Positions 20,089 to 30,229 of a stretch of 41,804 nucleotides of DNA are shown here, piece by piece. The DNA comes from an uncultured Bauldia sp. (GTDB lineage: Bacteria > Pseudomonadota > Alphaproteobacteria > Rhizobiales > Kaistiaceae), in contig CAYOET010000132.1 in assembly GCA_964402985.1 (NCBI GenBank), positions 1 to 41,804 on the forward strand, given 5' to 3'. How positions within the stretch are numbered: the first letter of the stretch is position 1; every line of letters starts with the position of its first letter. The notes under the pieces are model-generated. The model was not told where the DNA came from and did no database searches. It worked only from the letters and a program-made list of their open reading frames with translations. The position numbers and the translations under genes were made by a program.

Positions 20089-20704
20089 CGACGCCGACAG
20101 CGCGGGGCGCCCGACCGATCTGCCTGCGCGGCGGATGCGGGCGATCGTCTTCATCCCGCTGGTCCTCTTCGTGGCCCTCGCTGCCGTGTTCTTCTCGCAG
20201 ATCGTGAGCCGGATGCTCCATCCCGGCGATCCCGGGGCGGTGCCGTCCGCCCTCATCGGCTCGCCCGCGCCCGAGTTCGACCTCGCCGCCCTGCCCGACC
20301 TCAGCCGCAACGGCGCGCCAGTCCCCGGCCTGTCCCGTCAGGACCTTCTCGGCCAGGTGACGCTGGTCAATGTCTGGGCCTCATGGTGCCCGCCCTGCCG
20401 TGCCGAGCATCCGACCCTGATGAGCCTCGCCGACGACCCGCGCTTTCGCCTGGTCGGCATCGACCTCAAGGATACCGCCGAGAACGCGCGGCGCTTCCTC
20501 GGCACCCTCGGCAATCCCTTCGCGGCGATCGGCGCCGACGTCTCCGGCCGCACCGCCATCGACTGGGGCGTGGTCGGCCCGCCCGAGACCTTCCTCGTCG
20601 GCCGCGACGGCACGGTTCTGTTCCGCTGGTGGGGCGGGCTGACGCCCGAGATCGTCGAGAACCAGCTGATGCCCGAAATCGAAAAGGCCCTCGCCGGCGC
20701 CTAG
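20081..20704 (+). CDS. ccmG: periplasmic thiol:disulfide oxidoreductase CcmG/DsbE
   Basis: 207 aa, N-terminal anchor, VNVWASWCPPCRAEHP active site, GVVGPPETFLV motif. 8-nt overlap with ccmD. Confidence 0.9.
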   Translation: MVDDADSAGRPTDLPARRMRAIVFIPLVLFVALAAVFFSQIVSRMLHPGDPGAVPSALIGSPAPEFDLAALPDLSRNGAPVPGLSRQDLLGQVTLVNVWASWCPPCRAEHPTLMSLADDPRFRLVGIDLKDTAENARRFLGTLGNPFAAIGADVSGRTAIDWGVVGPPETFLVGRDGTVLFRWWGGLTPEIVENQLMPEIEKALAGA

Positions 20705-20753
20705 TTGAGGCACCAATCGGCGCCTTGACGGGGCGGTTAGGTTCGCAGGCCGC

Positions 20754-21371
20754 CTAGCCTGACGGTTTCCCGAAGAGGCCGCCGTCGGTCGATTCCCGGT
20801 TGATCAGCGGGATCTGACTGAAGGTGAAGATCAGCGTCAGCGGCATCGTCCCGAACACCTTGAAGTTGACCCAAATGTCGGTCGGAAAATTCCGCCACAC
20901 CACCTCGTTGAGGACGGCGAGCACGAGGAAGAACAGCCCCCAGCGGAAGGTCAGCGTGCGCCACCCGTTGTCGGTGAGCCGGAACACCGAGTCGAACACG
21001 TAGCCGAGGAGCGAACGCCCGAAGGCGAGGCCGCCGAGAAGGATCGTGCCGAAAAGCGCGTTCACGATCGTCGGCTTCATCTTGATGAAGGTCTCGTCCT
21101 GCAGCCACAGCGTCAGCGAGCCGAACACCAGCACCACGATGCCGCTGATCAGGGGCATGATCGGCAGCCGGCGGATGAGGACGTAGGAGATCACCAGCGC
21201 CACCGCCACCGCGACCATGAACGTGCCCGTCGCCCAGAAGAGTCCCGCCCGCGCATTGGCGAAGAAGAACACGCCGAGCGGTCCGAGCTCGAGGAGGAGC
21301 TTGAGGAGCGGGTTGAGCTCCTTCTTCTCCATTTCGCGCTCGGGCGTGTTGGGGGCGGCTTCGAAGGTCAT
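20754..21371 (-). CDS. yciB: inner-membrane septation protein A (YciB/IspZ)
   Basis: ORF 20754..21416. The start at 21371 is preferred (GGAG 6 nt upstream, no overlap with ftsY). [17 protein letters not shown] is a typical N-terminus. Confidence 0.8.
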   Translation of the reverse strand: MTFEAAPNTPEREMEKKELNPLLKLLLELGPLGVFFFANARAGLFWATGTFMVAVAVALVISYVLIRRLPIMPLISGIVVLVFGSLTLWLQDETFIKMKPTIVNALFGTILLGGLAFGRSLLGYVFDSVFRLTDNGWRTLTFRWGLFFLVLAVLNEVVWRNFPTDIWVNFKVFGTMPLTLIFTFSQIPLINRESTDGGLFGKPSG

Positions 21372-21390
21372 TCTGGTCTCCGTCTCGCGA

Positions 21391-22503
21391 TCATAGACCC
21401 GCGATGGCGCGGGCAAAATCCTTGGCGGCGAAAGGCTCGAGGTCGTCGGCCTGCTCGCCGATGCCGATGAAGTGCACCGGAAGTTTGTACTTCGCGGCGA
21501 TGGCGACGAGAATCCCCCCGCGCGCGGTGCCGTCGAGCTTGGTCATGGCGAGGCCGGTGACGCCGGTCTTCTGCCCGAATACCTCGACCTGCTGGAGGGC
21601 GTTCTGACCGGTCGTCGCATCGAGCACCAGCAGCACCGAATGCGGCGCGCTCGGGTCGAGTTTCTTCAAGACACGGATCACCTTTTCGAGCTCGGCCATG
21701 AGCTCCGTCTTGTTCTGCAACCGCCCCGCCGTGTCGATGAGGAGCATGTCTGCCCCCGCCGCCTTGGCCTGCGTGAATGCGTCATGCGCGAGGCCCGCCG
21801 AGTCGGCGCCGGCCTCGCGCGCCACCACCGTAGCGCCCGCGCGCTCGCCCCAGATCTTGAGCTGATCGATCGCCGCCGCGCGGAACGTGTCGCCCGCCGC
21901 GATCACCACCTTGAGCCCCACGCGCCCGCTTTTGGTAGCAAGCTTGCCGATGGTCGTGGTCTTGCCGGTGCCGTTGACGCCGACCACCAGCACCACGTGC
22001 GGCTTGGCCTTGGGGTCGATGAGCATGGGCTGCGCGACCGGCGCCAGCACCTTCTCGACCTCTTCGGCGAGCACCGCCTTCACCTCCTCGTCGCTGATGT
22101 CGCGATTGAAGCGGCCCTGCTTGAGCGCCGCGGCGATGCGCGCGGCGGTATCGACGCCGAGATCGGCGCGGATCAGCACGTCCTCGAATTCCTCGAGCGT
22201 CTCGGCATCGAGCTTGCGCTTGGTGAAGACCGCGCTGATCCCTTCGGTCAGCGCGCTCGACGAACGCGAGAGTCCCTGGCGGAGGCGCTGGAGCCAGCCA
22301 TTGCCGCTCTGCTTCGCCGCGGGAGCTGCCGCACGTGGGGCCGCCACGACCGGCGGCGCTGCCGGGTCGGGCTCCGCCGCATCGCCGGCCGGCGGGACGT
22401 GGGTCGTGCCCTCCGGCTGCGGCTGGAGGTGCTCTTCCGGCGGAGGCGGTTTCGTCCCGCCACCGAACACCCGGCTGAAGATGCCGCGCTTGGTCTCGGC
22501 CAT
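21391..22503 (-). CDS. ftsY: signal recognition particle receptor FtsY
   Basis: 370 aa with a Pro/Ala-rich A region and an NG domain ([27 protein letters not shown]). Confidence 0.95.
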   Translation of the reverse strand: MAETKRGIFSRVFGGGTKPPPPEEHLQPQPEGTTHVPPAGDAAEPDPAAPPVVAAPRAAAPAAKQSGNGWLQRLRQGLSRSSSALTEGISAVFTKRKLDAETLEEFEDVLIRADLGVDTAARIAAALKQGRFNRDISDEEVKAVLAEEVEKVLAPVAQPMLIDPKAKPHVVLVVGVNGTGKTTTIGKLATKSGRVGLKVVIAAGDTFRAAAIDQLKIWGERAGATVVAREAGADSAGLAHDAFTQAKAAGADMLLIDTAGRLQNKTELMAELEKVIRVLKKLDPSAPHSVLLVLDATTGQNALQQVEVFGQKTGVTGLAMTKLDGTARGGILVAIAAKYKLPVHFIGIGEQADDLEPFAAKDFARAIAGL

Positions 22504-23946
22504 TCAGGCTGCCTCGTGGTGACGTTCGGCGGTCAGCACCCGGCCGTGCCGCGCCGCGATCCGCGCGCGGACCACTGCGCCGGGAACGCCATCGATCTTG
22601 GTCGTGATGAAATGCTCGGTGAGCCCAGTGCCGCCGCGTTCGACCAGCACGTTTCGCGTCTTGCCGATTTCCGCGTCGAGCCGCGCCGCAAGCGCCCGCT
22701 CGCCGGCCTCGCGCAGCCGCGCCGCGCGCTCGCGAACGAGGCCATGGTCGAGTTGGGCCATCCGCGCCGCCGGCGTGCCCGGCCGCGGCGAGAATGGGAA
22801 CACGTGGAGATGTGTCAGCCCGCACTCGTCGACGATGCGGAGCGAGTTCTCGAACATCGCCTCGTCCTCGGTGGGGAAGCCGGCGATGAGGTCGGCACCG
22901 AAGGCGACATCCGGCCGGACCGCCCGCACCTTGTTGGTGAAGCGGATCGCGTCGGCGCTTCTGTGCCGGCGCTTCATCCGCTTGAGGATGAGATCGTCGC
23001 CCGATTGCAGCGAGAGATGGAAGTGCGGCATCAGCCGCTCCTCTTCGGCGATCGCCGCGATGAGGTCGGGATCGGCCTCGATGGAATCGATCGACGACAG
23101 GCGGAGCCGTTCCAGCTCCGGCACCTCGCGAAGGATCGTCCGCGCGAGGCGCCCGAGACGCGGCTGGTCCGCGAGGTCGTGCCCGTACGCGGTGAGATCG
23201 ACCCCGGTCAGCACCACCTCGCGGTGGCCGAGTTCGACCAGCGTCCGCACGTCGGCGAGGACATCGGCGAGCGGCACCGAGCGCGAATTCCCGCGCCCGA
23301 ACGGAATGATGCAGAACGTGCAGCGATGATCGCACCCGTTCTGCACCTGCACGAACGCCCGCGTCTGCCGCCTGATCGCCGCCACCGGATGCCGCGCCGC
23401 CGGCCGTGGCGCCATGATGTCGCCAACCACGGCCCGCGCGCCACCCTTTTCGCCTCTCCCCGGGGGGGAGAGGCCGCCATCACCTCGCGCCGCGAAGCGG
23501 AGCGAGGGATGCGGTTGAGGGGGCTCCGCCGTATCCGGATAGCGCGGTCCCCCCTCACCCCGACCCTCTTCCCCCCGGGGAGAGGGAGAAGATGGAGGGT
23601 CGCCGTCCTGATGGGCGACAGCCAATTCCGGATTCCCGCGCGCCAGACCTCTGTAGCTCTCCGCCCGCAGCTTCTCCTCGTTGCCGAGGACCAGCGTCAC
23701 TTCCGGCATCGCTGCGAACGCCGCCGCCTCGGTCTGCGCCGCGCATCCCGTGACCACGATCGGCCGCTCCGGATTCTCCCGCCACGCCCGGCGCACCGCG
23801 TGCCGCGCGTCCCTCAACGCCTCGCCGGTGACCGCGCAGCTGTTGATCACCACGGCCTCCCGGACACCGGCTTCGGCGGCGCGCGCCCGCACCACCTCGG
23901 ACTCGAGATGGTTGAGGCGGCATCCGAAGCTGACGATGTCGATCAT
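22504..23946 (-). CDS. mtaB: tRNA (N6-threonylcarbamoyladenosine-37) methylthiotransferase MtaB (MiaB-like), carrying a repeat-derived insertion
   Basis: 480 aa with N-terminal MTTase Cys pattern (FGCRLN, NSCAVT, TGC) and radical-SAM CDHRCTFC. Residues ~120-165 are encoded by the repeat at 23453..23588. The stop abuts the ftsY start. Confidence 0.85.
   Translation of the reverse strand: MIDIVSFGCRLNHLESEVVRARAAEAGVREAVVINSCAVTGEALRDARHAVRRAWRENPERPIVVTGCAAQTEAAAFAAMPEVTLVLGNEEKLRAESYRGLARGNPELAVAHQDGDPPSSPSPRGEEGRGEGGPRYPDTAEPPQPHPSLRFAARGDGGLSPPGRGEKGGARAVVGDIMAPRPAARHPVAAIRRQTRAFVQVQNGCDHRCTFCIIPFGRGNSRSVPLADVLADVRTLVELGHREVVLTGVDLTAYGHDLADQPRLGRLARTILREVPELERLRLSSIDSIEADPDLIAAIAEEERLMPHFHLSLQSGDDLILKRMKRRHRSADAIRFTNKVRAVRPDVAFGADLIAGFPTEDEAMFENSLRIVDECGLTHLHVFPFSPRPGTPAARMAQLDHGLVRERAARLREAGERALAARLDAEIGKTRNVLVERGGTGLTEHFITTKIDGVPGAVVRARIAARHGRVLTAERHHEAA
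23453..23588. repeat. composite palindromic MITE/REP-like element, copy C (~136 bp), inside mtaB
   Basis: CCTCTCCCCGGGGGGGAGAGG...GGTTGAGGGGGC, then GTATCCGGATAG, then CCCCCCTCACCCCGACCCTCTTCCCCCCGGGGAGAGGGAG. This is the same arm / central palindrome / arm layout as copies A and B. Confidence 0.75.
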
Positions 23947-23991
23947 GTGCTGGGCCTAACGGTGAAGGCGGCTTCCGTCAAAGCCGAGGGC

Positions 23992-24741
23992 TCAGAAGCC
24001 GTAGTAGAACCGCCACATGTCGATGCTGCCGTCGGGGGCCGACGACACCAGCAGCACCTTGCGCGCCTCCAGCACGAATTCTTCGAGGTCGACCGACCCG
24101 CTATGGTCGTAGTCGAACCGGTCGAAGCGGAAATCGACCGTGGCGGTGGCACGCTCCGCCCACTCCGTCTGGCTGAGCGAGCCGTCGCTGTCGCGGTCGT
24201 ACATCAGGAACCGCCGCGCGCTCGCCCGCGCGATGTCGTCCTCCGGCAACGAGGTCTCCGACGCCACATAGCGCGCCTTCTCGGCGACGATCGCTTCGTC
24301 GCGGCTCACCAGCCCGTCGCCGTTGGAGTCCGACGCAGCGAAGTCGGCATCGTTGCTCCACGGGTCGATCGGCGAGCCGGTCGGTAGCGTGCGCGTCGGC
24401 GGCAGGACGCCGGCGAAGACGGGGTTGCCCTCGCACGCGACCCACGTCTCCGCCGTGATGTTGTGGCTCTCGTCCCGGCTGAGATTGGCGTATTCCGACT
24501 GGATGGTCAGCAGCGCGTCCCGGCGGCTGATCGAGCCGTTGCCGTCGCGGTCGATCGAGATCCACGCCGAGGCGCAGCCTTGCGCCTCGTCGGCAACGAT
24601 GAAGCCGAGGCCGCCCGGCCGCCCGCCTCCTGGGGGACTGCCCCCCAGCGGGCCCGGAGTCCCAATGCCCTGCGCCTGGGCGGCCGCACCGCCGAGCATG
24701 AAGAGAACGCCGCCAACGGCGACCCAGCGCAACCAGACCAT
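23992..24741 (-). CDS. secreted EF-hand calcium-binding protein (four EF-hand loops)
   Basis: 249 aa with signal peptide MVWLRWVAVGGVLFMLGGAAAQA. Four DxDxDG-type loops: DRDGNGSISRRD, DSNGDGLVSRDE, DRDSDGSLSQTE, DYDHSGSVDLEE. Confidence 0.75.
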   Translation of the reverse strand: MVWLRWVAVGGVLFMLGGAAAQAQGIGTPGPLGGSPPGGGRPGGLGFIVADEAQGCASAWISIDRDGNGSISRRDALLTIQSEYANLSRDESHNITAETWVACEGNPVFAGVLPPTRTLPTGSPIDPWSNDADFAASDSNGDGLVSRDEAIVAEKARYVASETSLPEDDIARASARRFLMYDRDSDGSLSQTEWAERATATVDFRFDRFDYDHSGSVDLEEFVLEARKVLLVSSAPDGSIDMWRFYYGF

Positions 24742-24744
24742 CGC

Positions 24745-25605
24745 CTAGGCTGCCACGAGGCGGGTCGGATCGAGAATCCCCTCGCGCTCGAAGGCCCACG
24801 GCCCGGTCATCAGCACATGGTCGTCGCTCTCGCGCCACTCGATGAGAAGTGGCCCGCCGGGCAGGCTCACCGTCACCCGCCTCCCCGTCCGCTTGGTGCG
24901 CGCGGCCGCGACAGCGGCAGCGCAGGCAGCCGAGCCGCAGGCGAGCGTCAGCCCCGCGCCGCGCTCCCACACCTTGAGGCGGATCGCCTCCGGCCCCTCG
25001 ACCTTGGCGAGGGAGATATTGGCGCGTTCCGGGAAGATCGGATGGTTCTCGAGGAGCGGCCCGGCGCGCCCAAGGTCGTAGGCGTCCACGTCGTCGACCC
25101 AGAAGATCGCGTGCGGGTTGCCCATGTTGACGACGCTCGGGCTGTGCAGGATCGGATTGTCGATCGGCCCGATCTGCAGCTCGATCGCACGCGTGTCGCG
25201 GAATTCCTCGGCGAGGGGGATCTCGTCCCAGCGAAAGCGCGGCTTGCCCATGTCGACGGTGATGAGCCCCTCGCCCGACCGCCACGCCGGCTCGAGCCCG
25301 GCCGCGGTTTCGAACAGCAGCCGGTCGCGCCCGCTCTCTTCCATCATCACCGCGGCGACGCAGCGCGAGCCGTTGCCGCACACCGCGGAAAGCGAGCCGT
25401 CGCTGTTGTAGATGCGCAGATACGCGTCCGTGCCCGGCGTACGCGGCGGCAGGATCGCCATCAGCTGCTCGAACTTCGTCTCCGGCTCGACCGCGAGCTG
25501 GCGCGCGAGTTCCGGCGTGATCGAGCCGCCCTTGCGGAGGTCGACCACCAGGATCTCGTTACCGAGGCCGTTCATCTTGCGGAAATGGATTTGAGTGTCG
25601 CGCAT
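24745..25605 (-). CDS. dapF: diaminopimelate epimerase
   Basis: 286 aa with [15 protein letters not shown], catalytic Cys motifs CGNGSRC and ACGSAACA. Confidence 0.9.
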   Translation of the reverse strand: MRDTQIHFRKMNGLGNEILVVDLRKGGSITPELARQLAVEPETKFEQLMAILPPRTPGTDAYLRIYNSDGSLSAVCGNGSRCVAAVMMEESGRDRLLFETAAGLEPAWRSGEGLITVDMGKPRFRWDEIPLAEEFRDTRAIELQIGPIDNPILHSPSVVNMGNPHAIFWVDDVDAYDLGRAGPLLENHPIFPERANISLAKVEGPEAIRLKVWERGAGLTLACGSAACAAAVAAARTKRTGRRVTVSLPGGPLLIEWRESDDHVLMTGPWAFEREGILDPTRLVAA

Positions 25606-25756
25606 CGAAAAAGCCCGTTAGCGGGCCAGAACATAGGACCTTCCGTCCGTCGCACAAGCCGCCCTGCGTAATTTGCTGGTGGGGCCTGCATGCCCAACAT
25701 TGCGGCATGGGGATCGCTTGGCTAAGAGTGGCCGGGCAAGCAGGGCGGAGAACAAG

Positions 25757-26155
25757 ATGAACGGATCAGCCCGGCCGACCCAGCGGCCCCTGTCTCCCCA
25801 TCTGCAAATCTATCATTTCTACCTGACCATGGTGATGTCGATCGTGCATCGAATCACCGGCGTTGGCCTCTACTTTGGCACGATACTGGTCGCCATCTGG
25901 CTGAGCGCCGCCGCCTTCAGCCCCTCGACCTTCAGGGCGGTCAACTGGGCCTTCGGCACCTGGCTTGGTCAGCTGATTCTCTTTGGCTATACTTGGGCGT
26001 TCTTGCACCACATGCTGGGCGGCCTCCGCCACTTCGTCTGGGACACCGGAGCCGGCCTGACGCGCGGCCCGCGCAATGCTCTCGCTCTCGCCACCATCGT
26101 CGGCTCGGGGGGGCTCACGCTCCTGCTGTGGGCCGTGATCCTCGTGGCGCGCTGA
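25757..26155 (+). CDS. sdhC: succinate dehydrogenase cytochrome b556 subunit
   Basis: ORF 25673..26155, start taken at [19 protein letters not shown] ([10 protein letters not shown] is the SdhC N-terminal hallmark). Confidence 0.85.
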   Translation: MNGSARPTQRPLSPHLQIYHFYLTMVMSIVHRITGVGLYFGTILVAIWLSAAAFSPSTFRAVNWAFGTWLGQLILFGYTWAFLHHMLGGLRHFVWDTGAGLTRGPRNALALATIVGSGGLTLLLWAVILVAR

Positions 26156-26162
26156 CGATATT

Positions 26163-26546
26163 GTGACCTCCTTCACCACCCCGCTTCGTCGCGTTCTCGG
26201 CCTCGGCTCGACCCGTTCGGGCACCGACCATTTCTGGCGCCAGCGCGTCACCGGCATCCTCAACGTCGGGCTGCTGACGACGCTCCTCATCGCAGTCGTC
26301 GCGCTCGCCGGTCGCCCACAGGAGGAGATCGTCGCCGCGCTCGGCTCCCCGCTCGTCGCGGTGCTCCTCCTCGGCGGCATCCTCTCCGCCCTCTACCACA
26401 TGCATCTCGGCATGCAGGTCATCATCGAGGACTACGTCCACGGCGAGGTCTGGCGCATCGCCCTCCTTCTCGCCAACATCTTCTTCCCGCTCGGAGTCGG
26501 CCTCGTGTCCGTGTTCGCCATCCTGAGGCTCAGCCTTGGTGCTTGA
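26163..26546 (+). CDS. sdhD: succinate dehydrogenase hydrophobic membrane anchor
   Basis: 127 aa, GTG start, 3 [11 protein letters not shown] and [15 protein letters not shown] motifs. Confidence 0.85.
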   Translation: MTSFTTPLRRVLGLGSTRSGTDHFWRQRVTGILNVGLLTTLLIAVVALAGRPQEEIVAALGSPLVAVLLLGGILSALYHMHLGMQVIIEDYVHGEVWRIALLLANIFFPLGVGLVSVFAILRLSLGA

Positions 26547-28371
26547 TCGGCCGACCCCGTCGCGCCCGGCCCCCGCGGTTCTCGGCAGCGCCTACAAATT
26601 CATCGACCACACCTTCGACGTCGTCGTGGTGGGCGCCGGCGGCGCGGGCCTCCGTGCCGCCCTCGGCTGCAGCGAGGCCGGTCTCAAGACCGCGTGCCTG
26701 TCGAAGGTCTTTCCGACCCGCAGCCACACCGTCGCCGCCCAGGGCGGCATCGCCGCCGCGCTCGGCAACATGGGCGCCGACGATTGGCGCTGGCACATGT
26801 ACGACACCGTCAAGGGCTCCGACTGGCTCGGCGACCAGGATGCCATCGAGTATCTCTGCCGCGAGGCCCCCGCCGCGGTCTACGAGCTCGAGCATTGGGG
26901 CGTTCCCTTCTCGCGCACCCCCGACGGAAAAATCTACCAGCGCCCGTTCGGCGGCATGACCACCCATTTCGGCAAGGGCGAAGCGCACCGTACCTGCGCC
27001 GCCGCCGACCGCACCGGCCACGCCATCCTCCACACCCTCTACGGCCAGGCTCTCCGCTACGGCGTCGACTTCTTCGTCGAATATTTCGCCATCGATCTCA
27101 TCATGGAGAACGGCGAGTGCCGCGGCGTCACCGCGCTGTGCATGGAAGACGGCACCGTCCACCGCTTCCGCGCCCACCAAGTGATCCTCGCCACCGACGG
27201 CTACGGCCGCATCTATTTCTCCTGCACCGCCGCCCACACCTCGACCGGCGACGGCAACGCCATGGTGCTGCGCGCCGGCCTGCCGCTCCAGGACATGGAG
27301 TTCGTGCAGTTCCACCCCACCGGCATCTATAGCGCCGGCTGCCTCATCTCCGAGGGCGCCCGCGGCGAGGGCGGTTACCTCACCAACTCCAAGGGCGAGC
27401 GCTTCATGGAGCGCTACGCCCCGCACGCCAAGGACCTCGCCTCACGCGACGTCGTTTCGCGCGCCATCACCATCGAGATCAGGGAAGGCCGCGGCGTCGG
27501 CAAGCTCGGCGACCACATCGACCTCCATATCGAGCACCTCGATCCCAAGGTCGTCCACGAGCGCCTGCCCGGCATCACCGAATCGGCCCGCATCTTCGCC
27601 GGCGTGGACGTGCACAAGGCTCCGATCCCGGTGCTGCCCACCGTCCACTACAACATGGGCGGCATCCCCACGAACTACCACGCCGAGGTCCTCACCAAGG
27701 TCGCCGGCAACGCCGATGTCGCGGTCAAGGGCCTCATGGCCGTCGGCGAGGCGGCCTGCGTTTCGGTCCACGGCGCCAACCGCCTCGGCTCCAATTCGCT
27801 GGTCGATCTCGTCGTCTTCGGCCGCGCGGCGGCACTCCGCTGCCGCGAGCTGATCAAGCCCGGCATGCTCCACCGCGGCCTCGCGCCGAAGGCCGGCGAC
27901 GACTCCCTCGCCCGTCTCGACTTCCTCCGTTACGCCAAGGGCGGCACCTCGACCGCCGAACTTCGCCTCCGCATGCAGCGGGTGATGCAGTCGAACTGCG
28001 CGGTTTTCCGCACCGGCGAGGTTCTCGACGAAGGCCACCGGCTCATCCACGAGGTCTGGTCGGCGTCGGACGACATCCGCACCACCGACCGCTCGCTGAT
28101 CTGGAACACCGACCTCATCGAGAGCATGGAATATGACAACCTCGTCCTCCAGGCCGTCACCACAATGGATTCGGCGCGCTACCGCACCGAATCGCGCGGC
28201 GCCCACGCCCGCGAGGATTTCCCGGATCGCGACGACAAGAACTGGATGAAGCACACGCTCTCGTTCGCCGACCAGCACACCCGCGCGGTGCGCCTCGACG
28301 ACCGCCCGGTCCACACCTACACGCTCACCAACGAGATCTCGTACATCAAGCCGGCGCCAAGGGTTTACTGA
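26536..28371 (+). CDS. sdhA: succinate dehydrogenase flavoprotein subunit
   Basis: 611 aa with [14 protein letters not shown], covalent-FAD His region (SHTVAAQGG) and HGANRLG. The start (TTG 26536 or GTG 26539) is uncertain and overlaps the sdhD stop. Confidence 0.93.
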   Translation: MVLDRPTPSRPAPAVLGSAYKFIDHTFDVVVVGAGGAGLRAALGCSEAGLKTACLSKVFPTRSHTVAAQGGIAAALGNMGADDWRWHMYDTVKGSDWLGDQDAIEYLCREAPAAVYELEHWGVPFSRTPDGKIYQRPFGGMTTHFGKGEAHRTCAAADRTGHAILHTLYGQALRYGVDFFVEYFAIDLIMENGECRGVTALCMEDGTVHRFRAHQVILATDGYGRIYFSCTAAHTSTGDGNAMVLRAGLPLQDMEFVQFHPTGIYSAGCLISEGARGEGGYLTNSKGERFMERYAPHAKDLASRDVVSRAITIEIREGRGVGKLGDHIDLHIEHLDPKVVHERLPGITESARIFAGVDVHKAPIPVLPTVHYNMGGIPTNYHAEVLTKVAGNADVAVKGLMAVGEAACVSVHGANRLGSNSLVDLVVFGRAAALRCRELIKPGMLHRGLAPKAGDDSLARLDFLRYAKGGTSTAELRLRMQRVMQSNCAVFRTGEVLDEGHRLIHEVWSASDDIRTTDRSLIWNTDLIESMEYDNLVLQAVTTMDSARYRTESRGAHAREDFPDRDDKNWMKHTLSFADQHTRAVRLDDRPVHTYTLTNEISYIKPAPRVY

Positions 28372-28373
28372 CG

Positions 28374-29159
28374 ATGGTCGCTTTCACCCTCCCCCGGAAT
28401 TCGAAGGTCCAGAAGGGCAAGACCTGGGAACGCCCGGTCGTGAAGGACGAGGCCCGCCTCAAGGAGATCCGCGTCTATCGCTGGGATCCCGAGGCCGGCG
28501 GCAACCCGCGCCTCGACACCTATTTCATCGACCTCGAAGCGACCGGGCCGATGGTTCTCGACGCCCTCATCAAGATCAAGAACGAGATCGACCCGACGCT
28601 GACCTTCCGCAGATCGTGCCGCGAGGGCATCTGCGGCTCGTGCTCGATGAACATCGACGGGGTCAACACGCTCGCCTGCACCCGCGCCCTCGACGAGCTC
28701 AAGGGCGCGGTCAAGATCTACCCGCTCCCGCATCTCCCGGTGATCAAGGACCTCGTCCCCGACCTTTCCAATTTCTACGCCCAGCTCGCCTCGATCGAGC
28801 CCTGGCTGCAGACCAAGACCCCGGCCCCCGAGCAGGAATGGCGGCAGAGCCACGATGACCGGGAGAAGCTCGAGGGCTACCAGGAGTGCATCCTCTGCGC
28901 CTGCTGCTCGACCGCCTGCCCGAGCTACTGGTGGAACGGCGAGCGCTATCTCGGCCCGGCGGTGCTCCTCCAGGCTTATCGCTGGCTGATCGACTCGCGC
29001 GACGAGGCGACCGGCGAGCGCCTCGACCAGCTCGAGGACCCCTTCAAGCTCTACCGCTGCCACACCATCCTCAACTGCGCGCAGACTTGCCCCAAGGGCC
29101 TCAACCCCGCCAAGGCGATCGCCGAGATCCGCAAGATGATGGTCGAGCGCCGGGTCTAG
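28374..29159 (+). CDS. sdhB: succinate dehydrogenase iron-sulfur subunit
   Basis: 261 aa with [31 protein letters not shown] and [15 protein letters not shown] cluster motifs. Confidence 0.95.
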   Translation: MVAFTLPRNSKVQKGKTWERPVVKDEARLKEIRVYRWDPEAGGNPRLDTYFIDLEATGPMVLDALIKIKNEIDPTLTFRRSCREGICGSCSMNIDGVNTLACTRALDELKGAVKIYPLPHLPVIKDLVPDLSNFYAQLASIEPWLQTKTPAPEQEWRQSHDDREKLEGYQECILCACCSTACPSYWWNGERYLGPAVLLQAYRWLIDSRDEATGERLDQLEDPFKLYRCHTILNCAQTCPKGLNPAKAIAEIRKMMVERRV

Positions 29160-29257
29160 CTGAAGGCGATGACACGCCGGAGCCAATTGGCGTAAGGTCG
29201 GTCCAACACGACAGGTGCGACGGCATCGCCGCTCCCCTCGTCCAGTTGGGGGGACCG

Positions 29258-29776
29258 ATGAGAATTGCCGTCGCCGCGGCCCTGTGGCTCGCCGTTGCTG
29301 CGCCTAGCCTGGCGCAGACCATCTATCCGGCGCCGAGCCCGGACCTCGAGATCCTGCTGGACGAGTTGCAGGCGGCCGACACCGGCCTCGAATCGCACGG
29401 GATGCTCGCCTTCTATACGATCTCCTACTTCGACTGGCCCGACATTGCGCGCGAGGCCGCCAAACTCCCCACGATCCTTCTCGATCGCGGCGCCTGTCGG
29501 AACCACGATCTCTCCGGACTCGAGCTGTGGGATTCGTTGCTCGGCTTCTTCGAAGAAAGCGGCCTCCCGACCGACGCCCTCGAGCACGTTCGCGATGCCG
29601 ACCAAACCGTCGCGATCGTGGCCCGCGGCTGGGACGGGCTGAGCGGCATGGGGGCGGAGTGCAGCGTCGGCGTGTACAAGATTTTCTTCAACATCGGCAA
29701 ATACATGACTCTGTATTTCGACTATCGCGGCTCGTTTGGCGTCGCGCCGTCGCACCCTTGGTGGGCAACTGACTAG
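29258..29776 (+). CDS. hypothetical secreted protein (no family recognised)
   Basis: C-terminal 172 aa of ORF 28886..29776, starting MRIAVAAALWLAVAAPSLAQ (signal peptide). Visibly lower GC3 than its neighbours. Confidence 0.5.
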   Translation: MRIAVAAALWLAVAAPSLAQTIYPAPSPDLEILLDELQAADTGLESHGMLAFYTISYFDWPDIAREAAKLPTILLDRGACRNHDLSGLELWDSLLGFFEESGLPTDALEHVRDADQTVAIVARGWDGLSGMGAECSVGVYKIFFNIGKYMTLYFDYRGSFGVAPSHPWWATD

Positions 29777-29914
29777 GTGACGGGGGCCACCTTTCACGAA
29801 GCCCAAGCGATTGGGGTGCCCGGTGCTGGCGACTCGATGCCGTTGAGGTGCTGTGCCTCTCGCTGATATTCTGCGGGCAAGACTTCCATCGTTCCCATGT
29901 CTGTCGGGTGGACC

Positions 29915-30220
29915 ATGAAGACGATCCTGGGTTCAGCGCTGTTCGCGTTTCTCACATTGGTGCCGCACAGTTCGTTCGCCGGCCCCGCCGAACTCGATGA
30001 GATCCGCCGCGGCTGCGCGGCGCAGATGGGCGTTCGCTGCGACTGCATCGTGCAGTCCGCCACGAGCCTCAATGACAAGGAACAGGCCTACATCGCCGCG
30101 ATGTTCGCGCAGGACATGGCGCGCCTCCAGGCGCTCGTCATGACCATGAGCCAAGCCGAGATGACCAACGCCACCGGCTTCTTCCAGTCGAGCGCTGTCG
30201 CCTGCTCCGGCCGGCCGTAG
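29915..30220 (+). CDS. hypothetical small secreted Cys-containing protein
   Basis: ORF 29897..30220, start taken at MKTILGSALFAFLTLVPHSSFA (signal peptide). The mature ~80 aa has 4 Cys. An overlapping minus-strand ORF is judged spurious. Confidence 0.45.
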   Translation: MKTILGSALFAFLTLVPHSSFAGPAELDEIRRGCAAQMGVRCDCIVQSATSLNDKEQAYIAAMFAQDMARLQALVMTMSQAEMTNATGFFQSSAVACSGRP

Positions 30221-30229
30221 ACGCCCTAA

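Noticed and set aside
25606-25627. A hairpin GCCCG-CTAA-CGGGC followed by TTTTT on the minus strand, abutting the dapF start codon (possible attenuator or terminator).
   Set aside because: The stem is only 5 bp. There is no upstream minus-strand gene to terminate, because sdhC diverges on the other strand. This is too weak to call without transcript data.
29794-30078. 94-aa minus-strand ORF. Its tail (TMEVLPAEYQREAQHLNGIES) vaguely resembles the C-terminus of rve/IS3-type transposases.
   Set aside because: Most of the ORF overlaps the better-supported plus-strand signal-peptide gene. The similarity is a handful of residues, and no inverted repeats or the rest of a transposase are present. 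It is mentioned only as a possible relic under the pseudogene finding.
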